DNA from: an uncultured Elusimicrobiales bacterium | GTDB taxonomy: Bacteria; Elusimicrobiota; Elusimicrobia; Elusimicrobiales; Elusimicrobiaceae | Length of the DNA stretch: 64,000 nucleotides | Assembly (NCBI GenBank): GCA_910576915.1 | Contig: CAJTJT010000001.1 | Location: forward strand, 148,634 to 212,633 | Reading direction: 5' to 3' | Position numbers and translations under genes: made by a program | The notes under the pieces: model-generated | Told to the model about the DNA's origin: nothing | Databases searched by the model: none | What the model saw: only the letters and a program-made list of their open reading frames with translations | Shown here: positions 27,225 through 37,421 of the stretch, piece by piece | How positions within the stretch are numbered: the stretch's first letter is position 1 | How the letters are laid out: every line of letters starts with the position of its first letter

Positions 27225-27860
27225 CTATTTAATGTCTTTTTCGTTGGCGGTGATGGAGAGCACCACGCGGCGGTTTTGCGCACGGCCTTCGGCGGTGGCA
27301 TTGGAGGCAATCGGGTTCGAGGAACCGTAGCCGACGTAGGTGATGCTTAAGGTTTTAAGACCGCTTCCCAGGAGGAAATCGTACACGGCTTTGGCGCGCT
27401 GGGTGGAGAGTTTGTTGTTGATGGCGTCGGAGCCGGTAGAGTCGGTATACCCTTGTACGACGATGCGGTTTTTGGGGTATTTTTTGAGCACTCTGTTAAG
27501 GTCGGTCAGCGTTTGCATGGAAGCGGCGGAAAGTTCCGCGCTGCCGGTGGCAAACAAAATATCGTTTTTCAAGTAAACCTGAATGCCGTTAGCGGATTTT
27601 ACCACTTCGGCGATAGCGGCGAGTTCTTTGGCTTGTTTGTCATAATAGTTACCCAAGGCTCCGCCAGCGGCCAAACCGGCCAAAGCACCGGCGATAGCGC
27701 CGTGTTCGCTTTTGTGGCCCGTATTGTTGGCGATGATAGCTCCGGCGGCCGCGCCTACAGCGGCGCCGCCCGCGGCTCCCCAGGCGGTGCGTTTGCCGGG
27801 GGTGGTGCAGGCCGTCGTCAGTAAAGCGCAGGCCGTGCAAAGTAAAATTACTTTTTTCAT
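27225..27860 (-). CDS. OmpA-family lipoprotein with glycine-zipper region
   Basis: Lipobox LLTTAC, a GAAGGAAVGAAAGAI glycine zipper, and a C-terminal OmpA domain (GYTDSTGS...N..LS..RA..V, NRRV). Confidence 0.85.
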   Translation of the reverse strand: MKKVILLCTACALLTTACTTPGKRTAWGAAGGAAVGAAAGAIIANNTGHKSEHGAIAGALAGLAAGGALGNYYDKQAKELAAIAEVVKSANGIQVYLKNDILFATGSAELSAASMQTLTDLNRVLKKYPKNRIVVQGYTDSTGSDAINNKLSTQRAKAVYDFLLGSGLKTLSITYVGYGSSNPIASNATAEGRAQNRRVVLSITANEKDIK

Positions 27861-28022
27861 GATGTGCGTTTCTCCTTGTTAAAAATTGGATAAATATATT
27901 TTACTTTTTTCCTGTTTTGAACGGAAGCGTTTGTTTGGACGTTCTTTGCGGGGAAAATTTTTGTCGTAGTTATTTTGGGGGCTGTTGCTTTTTGTCGACC
28001 CAAAAAGTCGTGCATTTGCTGG

Positions 28023-28092
28023 CGACATGTCCTAAACAGTGTGGCTTTACTAGTCTAATGAGCGCGGTGGGTAAGGGATGGGCGGCTCGCCC
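28023..28092 (+). repeat. 70-nt upstream module, copy C
   Basis: Matches 1471-1540 and 1683-1752. Confidence 0.8.
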
Positions 28093-28093
28093 C

Positions 28094-28123
28094 TTGACTC
28101 GTTTTTTTTTTTTTTGATACAGT
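28094..28123 (+). promoter_or_regulatory. Poly-T-spacer promoter (TTGACT-CG-T14-GA-TACAGT)
   Basis: T14 at 28102-28115. Followed by GGGG, as in the other copies. Confidence 0.65.
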
Positions 28124-28208
28124 GGGGAAAACGGTCTGATGGCGCTTTTTTCCCTATCTTATGTTTTTTTCTGTTGTAAAGCCCGTATAGGCCGTTTTAG
28201 GAGGTATT

Positions 28209-29225
28209 ATGAAACGGTTTTATCTGTTTGTATTGCTGCCTTTTATTTCATTGCCCGTGCTGGCCGCAACAAAAAACAAAATCAGCATGGTAACGTATTT
28301 CCCGGTTCCGTATGTAGCTTATTCCCAGGTGAATACAACGGACCAAATGGATATCGGCTTAACAAATACATGTGATATGAAATTAGGCTGTTCGGAAGAG
28401 TCTGCCACGTTAAATGCTACTCGGGTAAATTTAAAGGGAGGCAAATTAAACTTGGACGGCGGCCGCGGGATAAAAGGCTATACGCTTAGTTTGGGTAGCG
28501 GAAGCGTCGACGGCAGAATCTCGTTCCAAAATGTACGTATCCAAACGGGTAACATGGAAAGCGTAAACGCGCAAGATATGAAAGTGTCCGCGCTTAAACT
28601 GTTTGGAAAGACTTTTCCCTCCTGCAAAGAGAAAGACCCTTCGGGACAAATGCAGTGGGCGAGCTTAAAACTCAAAGGTGCGTCCTCGAATGAACTTTAT
28701 TTGGCGTGCGGCGGTTTAGGAGAATCAACCGAGCCCGAAGAAGACTGTTCGGTCCGTTCCTATAAATTGGCGAACAAAAGCAAATGCTGCCCGGGAACGC
28801 CTACAAGTGACGGCGATTGCTGGCTGGCTCCTTCTTACGAATGGGGGGCGAAAAAGAACTTTTCCGGCACATTTACGGTTACATTTTTCGTAGATCCTAT
28901 TCAAACATGTTATGATGCCGCTCACACCAATCCAAACGTATATCGGAAAGTTTTGCCTAGAGAAGCGCAGTGGCCTGTCATGAACTGCGGGGAACGCAAT
29001 AATGCAAATAAACCGTCGTTGTCGTGCGGCCCTACGCATACGCCGGACGGGGTTGTTTTTCCAACATGTTACTATACGGTTGACGTGCCCGCAACACTCG
29101 GGCATGATTATGATATTTACCATACGGGATGTAAAAAACTTTCTGACACCGAATGCGAGTGTACCGCCAGCCGCTGGCCGGGGCATGAGTGTGTGGAAAA
29201 AACCGCTCAAAAAAACGGGTGGTAA
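28209..29225 (+). CDS. Secreted cysteine-rich protein, function unknown
   Basis: Signal peptide MKRFYLFVLLPFISLPVLA. About 20 Cys are concentrated in the C-terminal half. AGGAGG RBS. Confidence 0.7.
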   Translation: MKRFYLFVLLPFISLPVLAATKNKISMVTYFPVPYVAYSQVNTTDQMDIGLTNTCDMKLGCSEESATLNATRVNLKGGKLNLDGGRGIKGYTLSLGSGSVDGRISFQNVRIQTGNMESVNAQDMKVSALKLFGKTFPSCKEKDPSGQMQWASLKLKGASSNELYLACGGLGESTEPEEDCSVRSYKLANKSKCCPGTPTSDGDCWLAPSYEWGAKKNFSGTFTVTFFVDPIQTCYDAAHTNPNVYRKVLPREAQWPVMNCGERNNANKPSLSCGPTHTPDGVVFPTCYYTVDVPATLGHDYDIYHTGCKKLSDTECECTASRWPGHECVEKTAQKNGW

Positions 29226-29372
29226 AATTCTGCTTGCGTGACAAAAAGCGGCTCCAAAGGCCGCTTTTTGTTATATGGGGGTGCCCGGGCGCGGGCTTCG
29301 GTTTTTGCCGGGGATATTTTTTTATTTGCGCGTGAAAAAACTTGTTATAATAAAATACGAGGATTTCTGTTT

Positions 29373-30230
29373 ATGACCGAACAACGTATCAATATCATGG
29401 AGCCGGAAGTTGCCGCGGCAAAACCCGCGGGTGCGGAAAAGCCGCAGGTGGTATACGCGACGGTGACGGAACGTTTCGTCGCTTTGTTGATTGATTATGG
29501 CGTGGTGTTTATCCCTGCGCAGCTGATTGCCGCGCTGGTGATTAAATTGTTGGGTCCCAGCCTGGAACTGGGGGGCATTATCGCCATTTTGGCCGGTATT
29601 AACGGTGCGTTTATTTTGTACGAAACCATTTTATCCAGCGGCGACCGCGTGACCCTCGGCAAGAGCCTGGTGGGCATCGCCGTGGTAAAAAAAGATTTAA
29701 GCGGTCCGCTTTCCATCCCGCAGGCGTTTGTGCGCGCGGTTGGTTATTACATCAGCGCGGCGCTTTTTATGTGCGGGTTTTTGTTGGCGTTTTTTGATGA
29801 CCGCCACCGTGCCCTGCAGGATTTTTTAAGCGGCAGCGTGGTGGTGCAGATTCGCGAAAAATCGTGGGTGGAACGCACCGTCGTGCGGTTTTTGGGCGGC
29901 GTGCTTTTGACCGCTTTTGCGTGGACGGCGTACTCGCAGTTTTTTGGCGGCGGGTCGCTGATTCAAAAGTATTACGTCGACCAGGCGCGCAAACACTTGG
30001 TAAAAATCGCGCTTTTGGAAGAAGCCCACTACACGCGTTATGGGCGGTATACCAACGATTTGCTGCGCTTATCTCTCCTGTCTGGGGACCCGGTTCAATT
30101 CCAGCGCGATACGCAAAAAGTGCTTTCGCCCAAAGGTTTTAAAATCGGCGTGAACGGGGAGCGGTACAAACTCAGCGCCGTGGCGCGGGACGAAAAAAAG
30201 ACTACCGTCTATTACGCTCCGGGCGAATAA
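29373..30230 (+). CDS. RDD-family membrane protein with C-terminal pilin-like extracytoplasmic domain
   Basis: RDD core (ERFVALLIDY...DRVTLGK...FFDDRHRALQDFLSGSVVV). After the last TM comes YYVDQARKHLVKIALLEEAHYTRYGRYTNDL, which is pilin-shaft-like. Confidence 0.65.
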   Translation: MTEQRINIMEPEVAAAKPAGAEKPQVVYATVTERFVALLIDYGVVFIPAQLIAALVIKLLGPSLELGGIIAILAGINGAFILYETILSSGDRVTLGKSLVGIAVVKKDLSGPLSIPQAFVRAVGYYISAALFMCGFLLAFFDDRHRALQDFLSGSVVVQIREKSWVERTVVRFLGGVLLTAFAWTAYSQFFGGGSLIQKYYVDQARKHLVKIALLEEAHYTRYGRYTNDLLRLSLLSGDPVQFQRDTQKVLSPKGFKIGVNGERYKLSAVARDEKKTTVYYAPGE

Positions 30231-30243
30231 CATTTAGGTTCAT

Positions 30244-30277
30244 AAAAAATCCTCCGCTTTGGCGGAGGATTTTTTTT
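30244..30277. terminator. Bidirectional terminator between convergent RDD genes
   Basis: ATCCTCCGC/GCGGAGGAT stem flanked by A6 and T8 runs. Confidence 0.8.
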
Positions 30278-30280
30278 CGG

Positions 30281-31120
30281 TTATTTAGCCCCTGTAAACG
30301 AAGCGCATAGTTCCCGGCCGGGTGCGGTGTCGGACTGGCAGGTTACCGGCCCGCCGTCAAACGAGTAATACAGCGAATACAAAATATCCATTCCATTCGA
30401 GCGCGCCTGCGCCGTTACGCCGCCCGGTTCCAGCACCAGTTCGTACCCTTTACAGCAAAGTTTTTGCGGATTGATTTTTTTACATCCGTTATATTCACCC
30501 TGCCATTCGCGCGGGTCTGCCCCCGGCAAAGACGCATCCTTTTGCTGTTGGCGCGCGGCCTGGCCCAAAGACGTCAGCATGCGTGAAAGCTGAATATGGC
30601 GTTCCGTGCGCTGGTATTGCGGCAGCGCCACCAGCCCCAGGAGCATGGTTACAAACGCAAGCGCCAGCAAAATGGAAACCACGGTAATCAGCGTGAGCGA
30701 GGCTTCTTCCGCTTCTTCTTCCTCGTCCAGGTCCGGGTTGAAGTCGGCGTTTTTGACGATGACCGCGCTGTGGCTGACGCGGTCGTGCAGCGTCCGTTTT
30801 TTCTTGTCAAACGCGGCGATAAAAAAGCCGAAATAAAACGTAATGTTCGTAATCAGTTTGGATAAAATGCGCTCCGTGGCCTGCCAAAACGTCAGGCGGC
30901 GGCCGCGGCGGTCCACCACTTTTATGTTCATGATGATTTTGCCTAAACTCGCTTGCAGCGGCGAGCTTTCGAGTAGCGCATAATACAGCCAAATGATTAC
31001 CAAAAGCACCAGCGGAACAGTGGCCCCGCTGAGCATTTGGGACAGAATCCAAAAAATCACGGCAAATACGGCCGCATCAATTAAGAAAGCGAAAAAACGC
31101 TTCCATACACTTGCATACAT
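30281..31120 (-). CDS. RDD-family membrane protein fused to a pilin-like module
   Basis: RDD core (KRFFAFLIDA...LGK...AFDKKKRTLHDRVSHSAVI) and an acidic linker. Then SLTLITVVSILLALAFVTMLLGLVALPQYQRTE, with a C-terminal ...ELCASFTGAK like the ...CKSLGF/CKSISGK ends of the local pilins. Confidence 0.7.
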   Translation of the reverse strand: MYASVWKRFFAFLIDAAVFAVIFWILSQMLSGATVPLVLLVIIWLYYALLESSPLQASLGKIIMNIKVVDRRGRRLTFWQATERILSKLITNITFYFGFFIAAFDKKKRTLHDRVSHSAVIVKNADFNPDLDEEEEAEEASLTLITVVSILLALAFVTMLLGLVALPQYQRTERHIQLSRMLTSLGQAARQQQKDASLPGADPREWQGEYNGCKKINPQKLCCKGYELVLEPGGVTAQARSNGMDILYSLYYSFDGGPVTCQSDTAPGRELCASFTGAK

Positions 31121-31207
31121 AACGCACCCCCCTTTGGCGTAGTTGTATATAGATAGTATAGGCGCGGGGTAAAAAACGGCAAGGGTAAAAATTGAGTAGA
31201 AGGGGCG

Positions 31208-31690
31208 TCAGCGGCAGAGGGGGACAGGGACGGCTCCGGCGGCTTTTAAGAGGTCGTTGGGGTTCATTTTAATTTGCAGGCCGCGGATGCCCGCGCTGAT
31301 GTAAATGTAGTCCCATAAAATACAGTCTTCGTGGATAAAGGTGGGGAAATGCTTTTTCATGCCCAAAGGGGAACATCCGCCGCGGATGTAGCCTGTCAGC
31401 GGGAACAGTTCTTTTACATGCAGCATTTCGCACGATTTGTTGCCGCTTGCGCGTGCGGCGGCTTTTAAATCCAACTCCGCCGCCCCGGGAATGACGCACA
31501 CAAAAAGCCCCGTTTTATCCCCGCGCAAAACAAGGGTTTTGTATACCTGGTCGATGTTTTCGCCCAAACTGCTGGCCACGTGCGCGGCGCTTAAATCTTC
31601 CTCGTCCACTTGATACGGGATGAGTTCGTACGGGATGTTAAGTTCGTCCAGCCGTCGTGCGGCGTTTGTTTTGTGGATTTTTTCCTTCAT
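31208..31690 (-). CDS. ybaK: Cys-tRNA(Pro)/Cys-tRNA(Cys) deacylase
   Basis: YbaK-type pattern (TNAARRLDELNIPYE...KTLV...GYIRGGCSPLG). Confidence 0.8.
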   Translation of the reverse strand: MKEKIHKTNAARRLDELNIPYELIPYQVDEEDLSAAHVASSLGENIDQVYKTLVLRGDKTGLFVCVIPGAAELDLKAAARASGNKSCEMLHVKELFPLTGYIRGGCSPLGMKKHFPTFIHEDCILWDYIYISAGIRGLQIKMNPNDLLKAAGAVPVPLCR

Positions 31691-31728
31691 ATTTAAATTA
31701 TAGAATTTTTGGCGGTGCGGCGTGCCCC

Positions 31729-31756
31729 TTGACCCGTTTTTTTTTTTTGATAATAT
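31729..31756 (+). promoter_or_regulatory. Poly-T-spacer promoter (TTGACC-CG-T12-GA-TAATAT)
   Basis: T12 at 31737-31748. Confidence 0.7.
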
Positions 31757-31759
31757 AGG

Positions 31760-31850
31760 GTCATTCCGAGAGGTTTTTGCTCGGAATCTTCCGCATACGG
31801 TTTATTTGCTTAAAAGCGGTAGCTCCTGAGCAGAAACTTCTCAGGATGAC
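31760..31850. repeat. Two GTCAT..ATGAC palindromic elements in the pilin 5' UTR
   Basis: Units at 31760-31788 and 31823-31850, lying between the promoter and the GGAGG RBS. Confidence 0.75.
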
Positions 31851-31871
31851 TTTTTTAATGGAGGAAATAAA

Positions 31872-32363
31872 ATGAAAGGGTTTACGTTAATTGAGCTGTT
31901 GGTAGTCGTATTAATTATCGGCATTTTGTCTTCGGTGGCGTTGCCGCAGTATACCAAAGCGGTGGAAAAGGCCCGGGCATCGGAGGCGCGGGTAATTCTG
32001 AAAAAAATGTCGGATAATATAGATTTGTGTTTACTGAATACGGGTATTTATTCTGAATGTATGAACAAAGATATTGTATTCGAGGGATTTGAAAATTATT
32101 CTGGAACAAGCCTTGCTTTCTCTACTAATAATTTCTCCTATACATGGCTATTTTTCCCTATGGCTACGAGAAAAGGAGGAGATTATCGTTTGAGTGCTGT
32201 TTCTGCCTCTTTGTATCCGCAGATTAAAGGTGGAATAACGTTGCCGGAGGCGGGGGTGTATTGTCAGGGACTAACTGCTAAGGGCGAAGAAATTTGCAAA
32301 TCAATAAGCGGAAAAACCTCTATTCCGTTAGGAGAGAGCGGTAATCATACCTATCCTTTATAA
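31872..32363 (+). CDS. Type IV pilin-like protein
   Basis: [30 protein letters not shown]. Confidence 0.9.
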   Translation: [163 protein letters not shown]

Positions 32364-32399
32364 AAAAAACTCCCCGGGTTAATGCCCGGGGAATTTTAT
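32363..32399. terminator. Bidirectional terminator (pilin / uvrA)
   Basis: TCCCCGGG/CCCGGGGA stem flanked by an A8 run and a T-rich run. Confidence 0.7.
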
Positions 32400-32400
32400 T

Positions 32401-35373
32401 TTACTTCTTTTTAATTTGTTTCTTTTTGGCGGGCTTTTTGGCGTCCGCTTTTTTTGCGCCCGCGGCGGCCGGTTTGGGTTTGTCTTCTTTGCGCGCGGCC
32501 AGCGTAACGCCTTGCGCTTTCATAAACGCGTCCATTTCGTCCAGTTCCTTTTTAAGGTACTTGCCCGTATACGAGCCGGGGCACGCGGCTACCTTGCGCG
32601 GCGTGCCTTCGCAGACGATTTGGCCGCCTTTGTCGCCGCCTTCGGGGCCAAGGTCAATCAGCCAGTCGGCCGTTTTGATAACGTCCAGGTTATGCTCGAT
32701 AATCAGCACTGTGTTGCCCTTATCGGCCAGGCCGTGAAGCACCTGGAGCAGTTTGTCGATATCGGCAAAGTGGAGGCCCGTGGTGGGTTCGTCCAAAATA
32801 TAGAGCGTTTTGCCCGTGCCTTTGCGCGAAAGTTCGTCCGCCAGTTTGACGCGCTGCGCTTCGCCGCCCGAAAGCGTGGTGGCCGCCTGGCCGAGTTTGA
32901 TGTACCCGAGGCCCACGTCGTTAAGCGTTTTTAAATAGCGTTTGATTTTGGGAATCGCGTCAAAAAATTCCAGCGCCTGCGATACGCTCATATCCAGCAC
33001 TTCGGCGATGTTTTTGCCTTTGAATTTTACCTGCAGCGTGTCCTCGTTAAAGCGGTTGCCGTGGCATTCTTCGCATTTGACGTAAATGTCGGGCAGAAAC
33101 TGCATTTGAATTTTTAAAATCCCGTCGCCCTGGCATTTTTCGCACCGTCCGCCTTTAACGTTAAACGAAAACCGCCCGGGTTTGTAACCGCGCCGTTTGG
33201 CTTCGGGCATTTCGGCGAATAAATCGCGGATGTGCGAGAACACGCCCGTATACGTGGCCGGGTTGCTGCGCGGCGTTTTGCCGATGGGGCTTTGGTCGAC
33301 GATAATCACTTTGTCGATATTGTCGAGGCCCGTGATGATTTTATGTTCGCCGGGCGTGTCTTTGGCGTTGTAAAATTTCCGTGCCAAGGCGCGGTACAAA
33401 ATTTGGTGGATGAGCGTACTCTTGCCGGAGCCGGATACGCCCGTTACGCACACGAATTTGCCGAGCGGGATTTTAACGTCGATATCCTTTAAGTTAAACT
33501 GTTTGGCACCCTGGATTTCCAGGTATTTGCCGTTGCCTTTGCGCGGCATGGCGGGGGGGAGAATCATCTTCCGTCCGTTTAGGTACGACGCGGTGAGCGA
33601 GTTCTTGTCTTTCAAAAAGTCCGCCGTGTTTGCCGCCGCCACGATGTTGCCCCCGTGTTCGCCCGCCGCGGGGCCGAGTTCCACCACGTAATCGGCCGCC
33701 AGGATGGTGTCTTTGTCGTGCTCGACGATGATAAGCGTGTTGTCCAAATCCCGCAGGTTTTTGAGGGTTTCAATCAGGCGGTCGTTGTCGCGCGAGTGAA
33801 GGCCGATGGTCGGCTCGTCCAGCACGTACAGTACGCCCGTTAAGCCGGAGCCGATTTGCGTGGCCAGGTGGATACGCTGGGCTTCGCCGCCGGATAAGGT
33901 TTGGCTCATGCGGTTAAGCGTCAGGTACGAAAGACCCACGCTGTTTAAAAAGCCCAGGCGCGCGTTGATTTCTTTGAGTACGTCTTTGGCGATGATTTTT
34001 TCGCGGTCGGTTAACTGTAATTGTTTGAAAAATTCCACCGCCGCCGAAACCTGCATGGCCGTAATTTCGTTGATGTTTTTTCCGTTGACGAGCACCGCCA
34101 AGGCTTCGGGTTTTAAGCGCGCGCCGCGGCAGACGGGGCAGGTGACTTCGTGCATAAAGCGGTTGTAGACTTCTTCTTTCACAAAATCGCTTTCGCTTTC
34201 GGAGTGGCGTCTTTGCAGGTTGGTAATTACGCCTTCAAACTCCTGTTCTCCGCCGGAAATGAGCGACGTGTAACTTGCGCCGCCCGTGCCGTAGAGCAGT
34301 AAATCGCGCTGCGCTTTGGGCAGTTCCCGCCACGGCGTATTCATATTGATTTTGTTGCGGCGGCAGACCTGGCGCAGAATGTCGTAATAGTATTCGCTCC
34401 ACGAGTTTTTCCAGCGGTGGGTTCTGGTCGTGACCGGGTTATCCCACGCGGCGATGGCGCCTTCGTTAATGGAAATGGTCGGGTTTGGCACCACCAGATT
34501 TTCCGCCACTTCGATTTTAACGCCTAACCCGTTACATTCGGGGCACGCGCCGTAAGGCGAGTTGAACGAAAACAACCGCGGTTCCAGTTCGCTAAACCCA
34601 ATCCCGCAATGCGCGCAGGCGTTGCTTTCGCTGTACGTAAAATCGACGGGATTTTTTCCCTCCGTTTCCAAAATGTGCACCAGGCCCTGCGCGTATTTTA
34701 ACGCGGCTTCCAAACTTTCCACCAAGCGTTCGCGGTCGAATTCGTCCACGTAAATTTCGTCCACGACGAGTTCAATGGTGTGCTTTTTGTAGCGTTCCAA
34801 CGCGGGGGTATGGTCTAAAGATATAATTTGGCCGTTTACGCGCGCTTTGACGTAGCCCTCTTTTTTAAATTTTGCGAAAAGTTCCTCGTACGTGCCCGCG
34901 CGGCCCCGTACGACGGGGGATAAAATATAGAGCGTTTTATCCGCAAATTTTTTCAAAATGTCCTGCGCGATGCCCTGCACGCTCCACGCTTCCACTTCGC
35001 GCCCGCATTGGGGGCAGTGGCGGTGACCGATACGCGCAAACAACAGGCGCAGGTAATCGTAAATTTCCGTAACGGTGGCTACCGTGGAGCGCGGATTTTT
35101 GGAGGGGTTGCGCTGTTCGATGGAAATGGCGGGGGATAAACCCTCGATATGTTCCACGTCCGGCTTTTCCATTAAATCCAAAAACTGGCGCGCATAAGCG
35201 GACATGCTTTCCACATATCTGCGCTGCCCTTCGGCGTAAATAGTGTCGAACGCCAGCGAACTTTTGCCGGAGCCGGAAAGCCCCGTTACTACTACCATTT
35301 TGTCTTTGGGAAGTTCTACGGTAATGTTTTTTAAATTGTGGCCCTTGGCCCCGATAACTTTAATGCTCTTCAT
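32401..35373 (-). CDS. uvrA: Excinuclease ABC subunit A with a Lys/Ala/Pro-rich basic C-terminal tail
   Basis: Two ABC modules ([27 protein letters not shown] twice) and zinc modules ([26 protein letters not shown]). The start was set at MKSIKVIGA. Confidence 0.95.
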   Translation of the reverse strand: MKSIKVIGAKGHNLKNITVELPKDKMVVVTGLSGSGKSSLAFDTIYAEGQRRYVESMSAYARQFLDLMEKPDVEHIEGLSPAISIEQRNPSKNPRSTVATVTEIYDYLRLLFARIGHRHCPQCGREVEAWSVQGIAQDILKKFADKTLYILSPVVRGRAGTYEELFAKFKKEGYVKARVNGQIISLDHTPALERYKKHTIELVVDEIYVDEFDRERLVESLEAALKYAQGLVHILETEGKNPVDFTYSESNACAHCGIGFSELEPRLFSFNSPYGACPECNGLGVKIEVAENLVVPNPTISINEGAIAAWDNPVTTRTHRWKNSWSEYYYDILRQVCRRNKINMNTPWRELPKAQRDLLLYGTGGASYTSLISGGEQEFEGVITNLQRRHSESESDFVKEEVYNRFMHEVTCPVCRGARLKPEALAVLVNGKNINEITAMQVSAAVEFFKQLQLTDREKIIAKDVLKEINARLGFLNSVGLSYLTLNRMSQTLSGGEAQRIHLATQIGSGLTGVLYVLDEPTIGLHSRDNDRLIETLKNLRDLDNTLIIVEHDKDTILAADYVVELGPAAGEHGGNIVAAANTADFLKDKNSLTASYLNGRKMILPPAMPRKGNGKYLEIQGAKQFNLKDIDVKIPLGKFVCVTGVSGSGKSTLIHQILYRALARKFYNAKDTPGEHKIITGLDNIDKVIIVDQSPIGKTPRSNPATYTGVFSHIRDLFAEMPEAKRRGYKPGRFSFNVKGGRCEKCQGDGILKIQMQFLPDIYVKCEECHGNRFNEDTLQVKFKGKNIAEVLDMSVSQALEFFDAIPKIKRYLKTLNDVGLGYIKLGQAATTLSGGEAQRVKLADELSRKGTGKTLYILDEPTTGLHFADIDKLLQVLHGLADKGNTVLIIEHNLDVIKTADWLIDLGPEGGDKGGQIVCEGTPRKVAACPGSYTGKYLKKELDEMDAFMKAQGVTLAARKEDKPKPAAAGAKKADAKKPAKKKQIKKK

Positions 35374-35486
35374 AAATTTAACCTTTCTAAGGAAACGAAC
35401 ACCCACGCGGGTATAGCTGGAGCGCGGGTGTTTTTTATATAAATAAATTATATAATTTATATAACTTATTTTCCCGGAGTGGGCGT

Positions 35487-36545
35487 GTGAAAAAACCGCT
35501 TAAATATTTATTTTATTCGCTCGGTGTTATTCTTTCCGTAGGCGTTATTGCCTTTATGGTGTACCAGGCCAAGGACAGTTTTGTAAAAATTTGGCAGAGC
35601 GTACAGACCGGGTTTTTGTTTCTTTCCATTCTTTCTTCCGCTTTGATTTACGTGGCGATGGGGCTTAGCCTGTATGAAGTGCTGCGCGTGATGGGCCGCC
35701 GCATAAGCAAAGGCGCGGCCATAGGTATTGCGCTGGTGTCTACGACGGTAAACTATGTGGTGTCCTCGTTCGGCGCAAGCGGATTTGCCCTGCGCGCACA
35801 TCTTTTAAACCGCCGCCGCGTACCGTTCGGCACGTGCGTAACGGCCAGTATCGTAATTACCGTTCTCTTGTATTTTGTGCTGGCCATTATCATCTTGCAG
35901 GGCTCGGTGCTGATGCTTTTTAATTCGTCGGCCACCACCATGCAGTTATTAAAAAATTTCTCGCTTATTTTGGTGATGTGCGCCGTGTGCGTGGTGGTAA
36001 CCGCGTTTTTGTTTAACGATGAATGGCGTTCCAAATGGCTGCGTAAAACGTTCCGTTTGATGAATAAAGTGCTGTATCACATGTTCCGCGCGTTAATCCC
36101 CAAAGGGAAATACGACGATTTTATGGACCAGCTGGACGAAGGCATCGACCTTATCCATAAAAAGAAAAACAAAATGACGGGCGCGATTGTATACGTCTGC
36201 GCCGACTGGCTGTTTACGATTTTGGTTTTGTATTTTGCGTTCCGCGCCGTGGGCGTGCATATTTCTTCCGGCGTGCTGGTGGCCGGGTTTGCCGTCGGTA
36301 TGGTAACGACGCTTATTCCGCTGCTCCCCGGCGGCCTGGGGGCCATGGAACTGGCCATGACGGCTGTTTACGCCCAAATGGGCATCGACTGGGATGCCGC
36401 TTTAATGGCCACGCTTATCTACCGCGTAGTGTATTACATTTTGCCCGGAATCGTGAGCATTTTTATTTACTGGGGCTTGCAGCTTTCGTCTTCTCCCGTC
36501 AAGCCTAAACGCCCGAAAGGAGCCTTGTATGAAAGAAAGAATTAA
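35487..36545 (+). CDS. Lysylphosphatidylglycerol-synthase-TM-like (flippase-like, UPF0104) membrane protein
   Basis: About 8 TM segments and an LIPLLPGGLGAMELAM motif near the C-terminus. GTG start. Confidence 0.6.
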   Translation: MKKPLKYLFYSLGVILSVGVIAFMVYQAKDSFVKIWQSVQTGFLFLSILSSALIYVAMGLSLYEVLRVMGRRISKGAAIGIALVSTTVNYVVSSFGASGFALRAHLLNRRRVPFGTCVTASIVITVLLYFVLAIIILQGSVLMLFNSSATTMQLLKNFSLILVMCAVCVVVTAFLFNDEWRSKWLRKTFRLMNKVLYHMFRALIPKGKYDDFMDQLDEGIDLIHKKKNKMTGAIVYVCADWLFTILVLYFAFRAVGVHISSGVLVAGFAVGMVTTLIPLLPGGLGAMELAMTAVYAQMGIDWDAALMATLIYRVVYYILPGIVSIFIYWGLQLSSSPVKPKRPKGALYERKN

Positions 36546-37044
36546 CGAACTGGTGCCTAAAACCAGCCCGTCCTGTTTTATCCATAAAACGGCCGTTATC
36601 ATCGGCGACGTGACGATTGGGGACAATGTGTCCGTCTGGCCCTGCGCCGTGCTGCGCGGGGACATTGCGTCTATTGCCGTGGGGGAGAACTCCAACATTC
36701 AGGAAAACGCGTGCGTGCACGTTAATTACGGCTGCCCGGCCGTTATCGGCAAGGGCGTAAGCGTCGGGCACGGGGCGGTGGTGCACGGCAGTAAAATCGG
36801 CGACAACTGCTTAATCGGTATGAACGCCGTGGTAATGGAAAGCGAAATCGGCCCCAACTGCATTATCGGCGCGGGGGCGGTGGTTCCGGCGGGGAAAAAT
36901 ATCCCCGCGGGCTCTTTGGTAATGGGCGTTCCCGCCAAAGTGGTACGCCAACTGGAAGAAGACGAAGTAAACGGCATTATCAAAAATGCGCGCGAATACG
37001 CGTCCGCCGTGCGTCTGTACAAAGACCATTGCGAAGAAATTTAA
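36529..37044 (+). CDS. Gamma-class carbonic anhydrase-like / hexapeptide-repeat protein
   Basis: Left-handed beta-helix repeats and the pattern VWPCAVLRGD...IGENSNIQENACVH. Confidence 0.8.
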   Translation: MKERINELVPKTSPSCFIHKTAVIIGDVTIGDNVSVWPCAVLRGDIASIAVGENSNIQENACVHVNYGCPAVIGKGVSVGHGAVVHGSKIGDNCLIGMNAVVMESEIGPNCIIGAGAVVPAGKNIPAGSLVMGVPAKVVRQLEEDEVNGIIKNAREYASAVRLYKDHCEEI

Positions 37045-37045
37045 T

Positions 37046-37411
37046 ATGAAAAAAGTGGTGCTGATTGAAGATTCCAAAGTGCTCGGCCAGGCCCTTTCCG
37101 GCGCGTTAAAAGTGGAAGGGGTGGAAGTGTTTTGGGCCGAAAACGGCGTGGCGGGCGTAAGCCTTGCCAAACAGGTGAAGCCGGACCTTATTCTACTGGA
37201 TTTAATGCTGCCCAAACTCAGCGGTTTTGAAGTGTGCAAACTGTTAAAAACCGACAACGCCACCTGGCGGATTCCCATTGTAATTATGTCCACGCTGTCG
37301 GACCCGGAATCGCGCGACCGCGCCATGGAAGCCGGAGCCGACCATTTTATCCCCAAACCGTACGACCTGGCCTCTACGATGGCCGAAATCAAAAAACATT
37401 TAAAATTATAA
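37046..37411 (+). CDS. Single-domain response regulator (CheY-like receiver)
   Basis: MKKVVLIEDS...PDLILLDLMLPKLSG...IPIVIMS...KP. Confidence 0.85.
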   Translation: MKKVVLIEDSKVLGQALSGALKVEGVEVFWAENGVAGVSLAKQVKPDLILLDLMLPKLSGFEVCKLLKTDNATWRIPIVIMSTLSDPESRDRAMEAGADHFIPKPYDLASTMAEIKKHLKL

Positions 37412-37421
37412 GGAGAGTTCC

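Noticed and set aside
36811-37392. 193-aa minus-strand ORF
   Set aside because: It is antisense to the gamma-carbonic-anhydrase-like and response-regulator genes, both of which have clear motifs.
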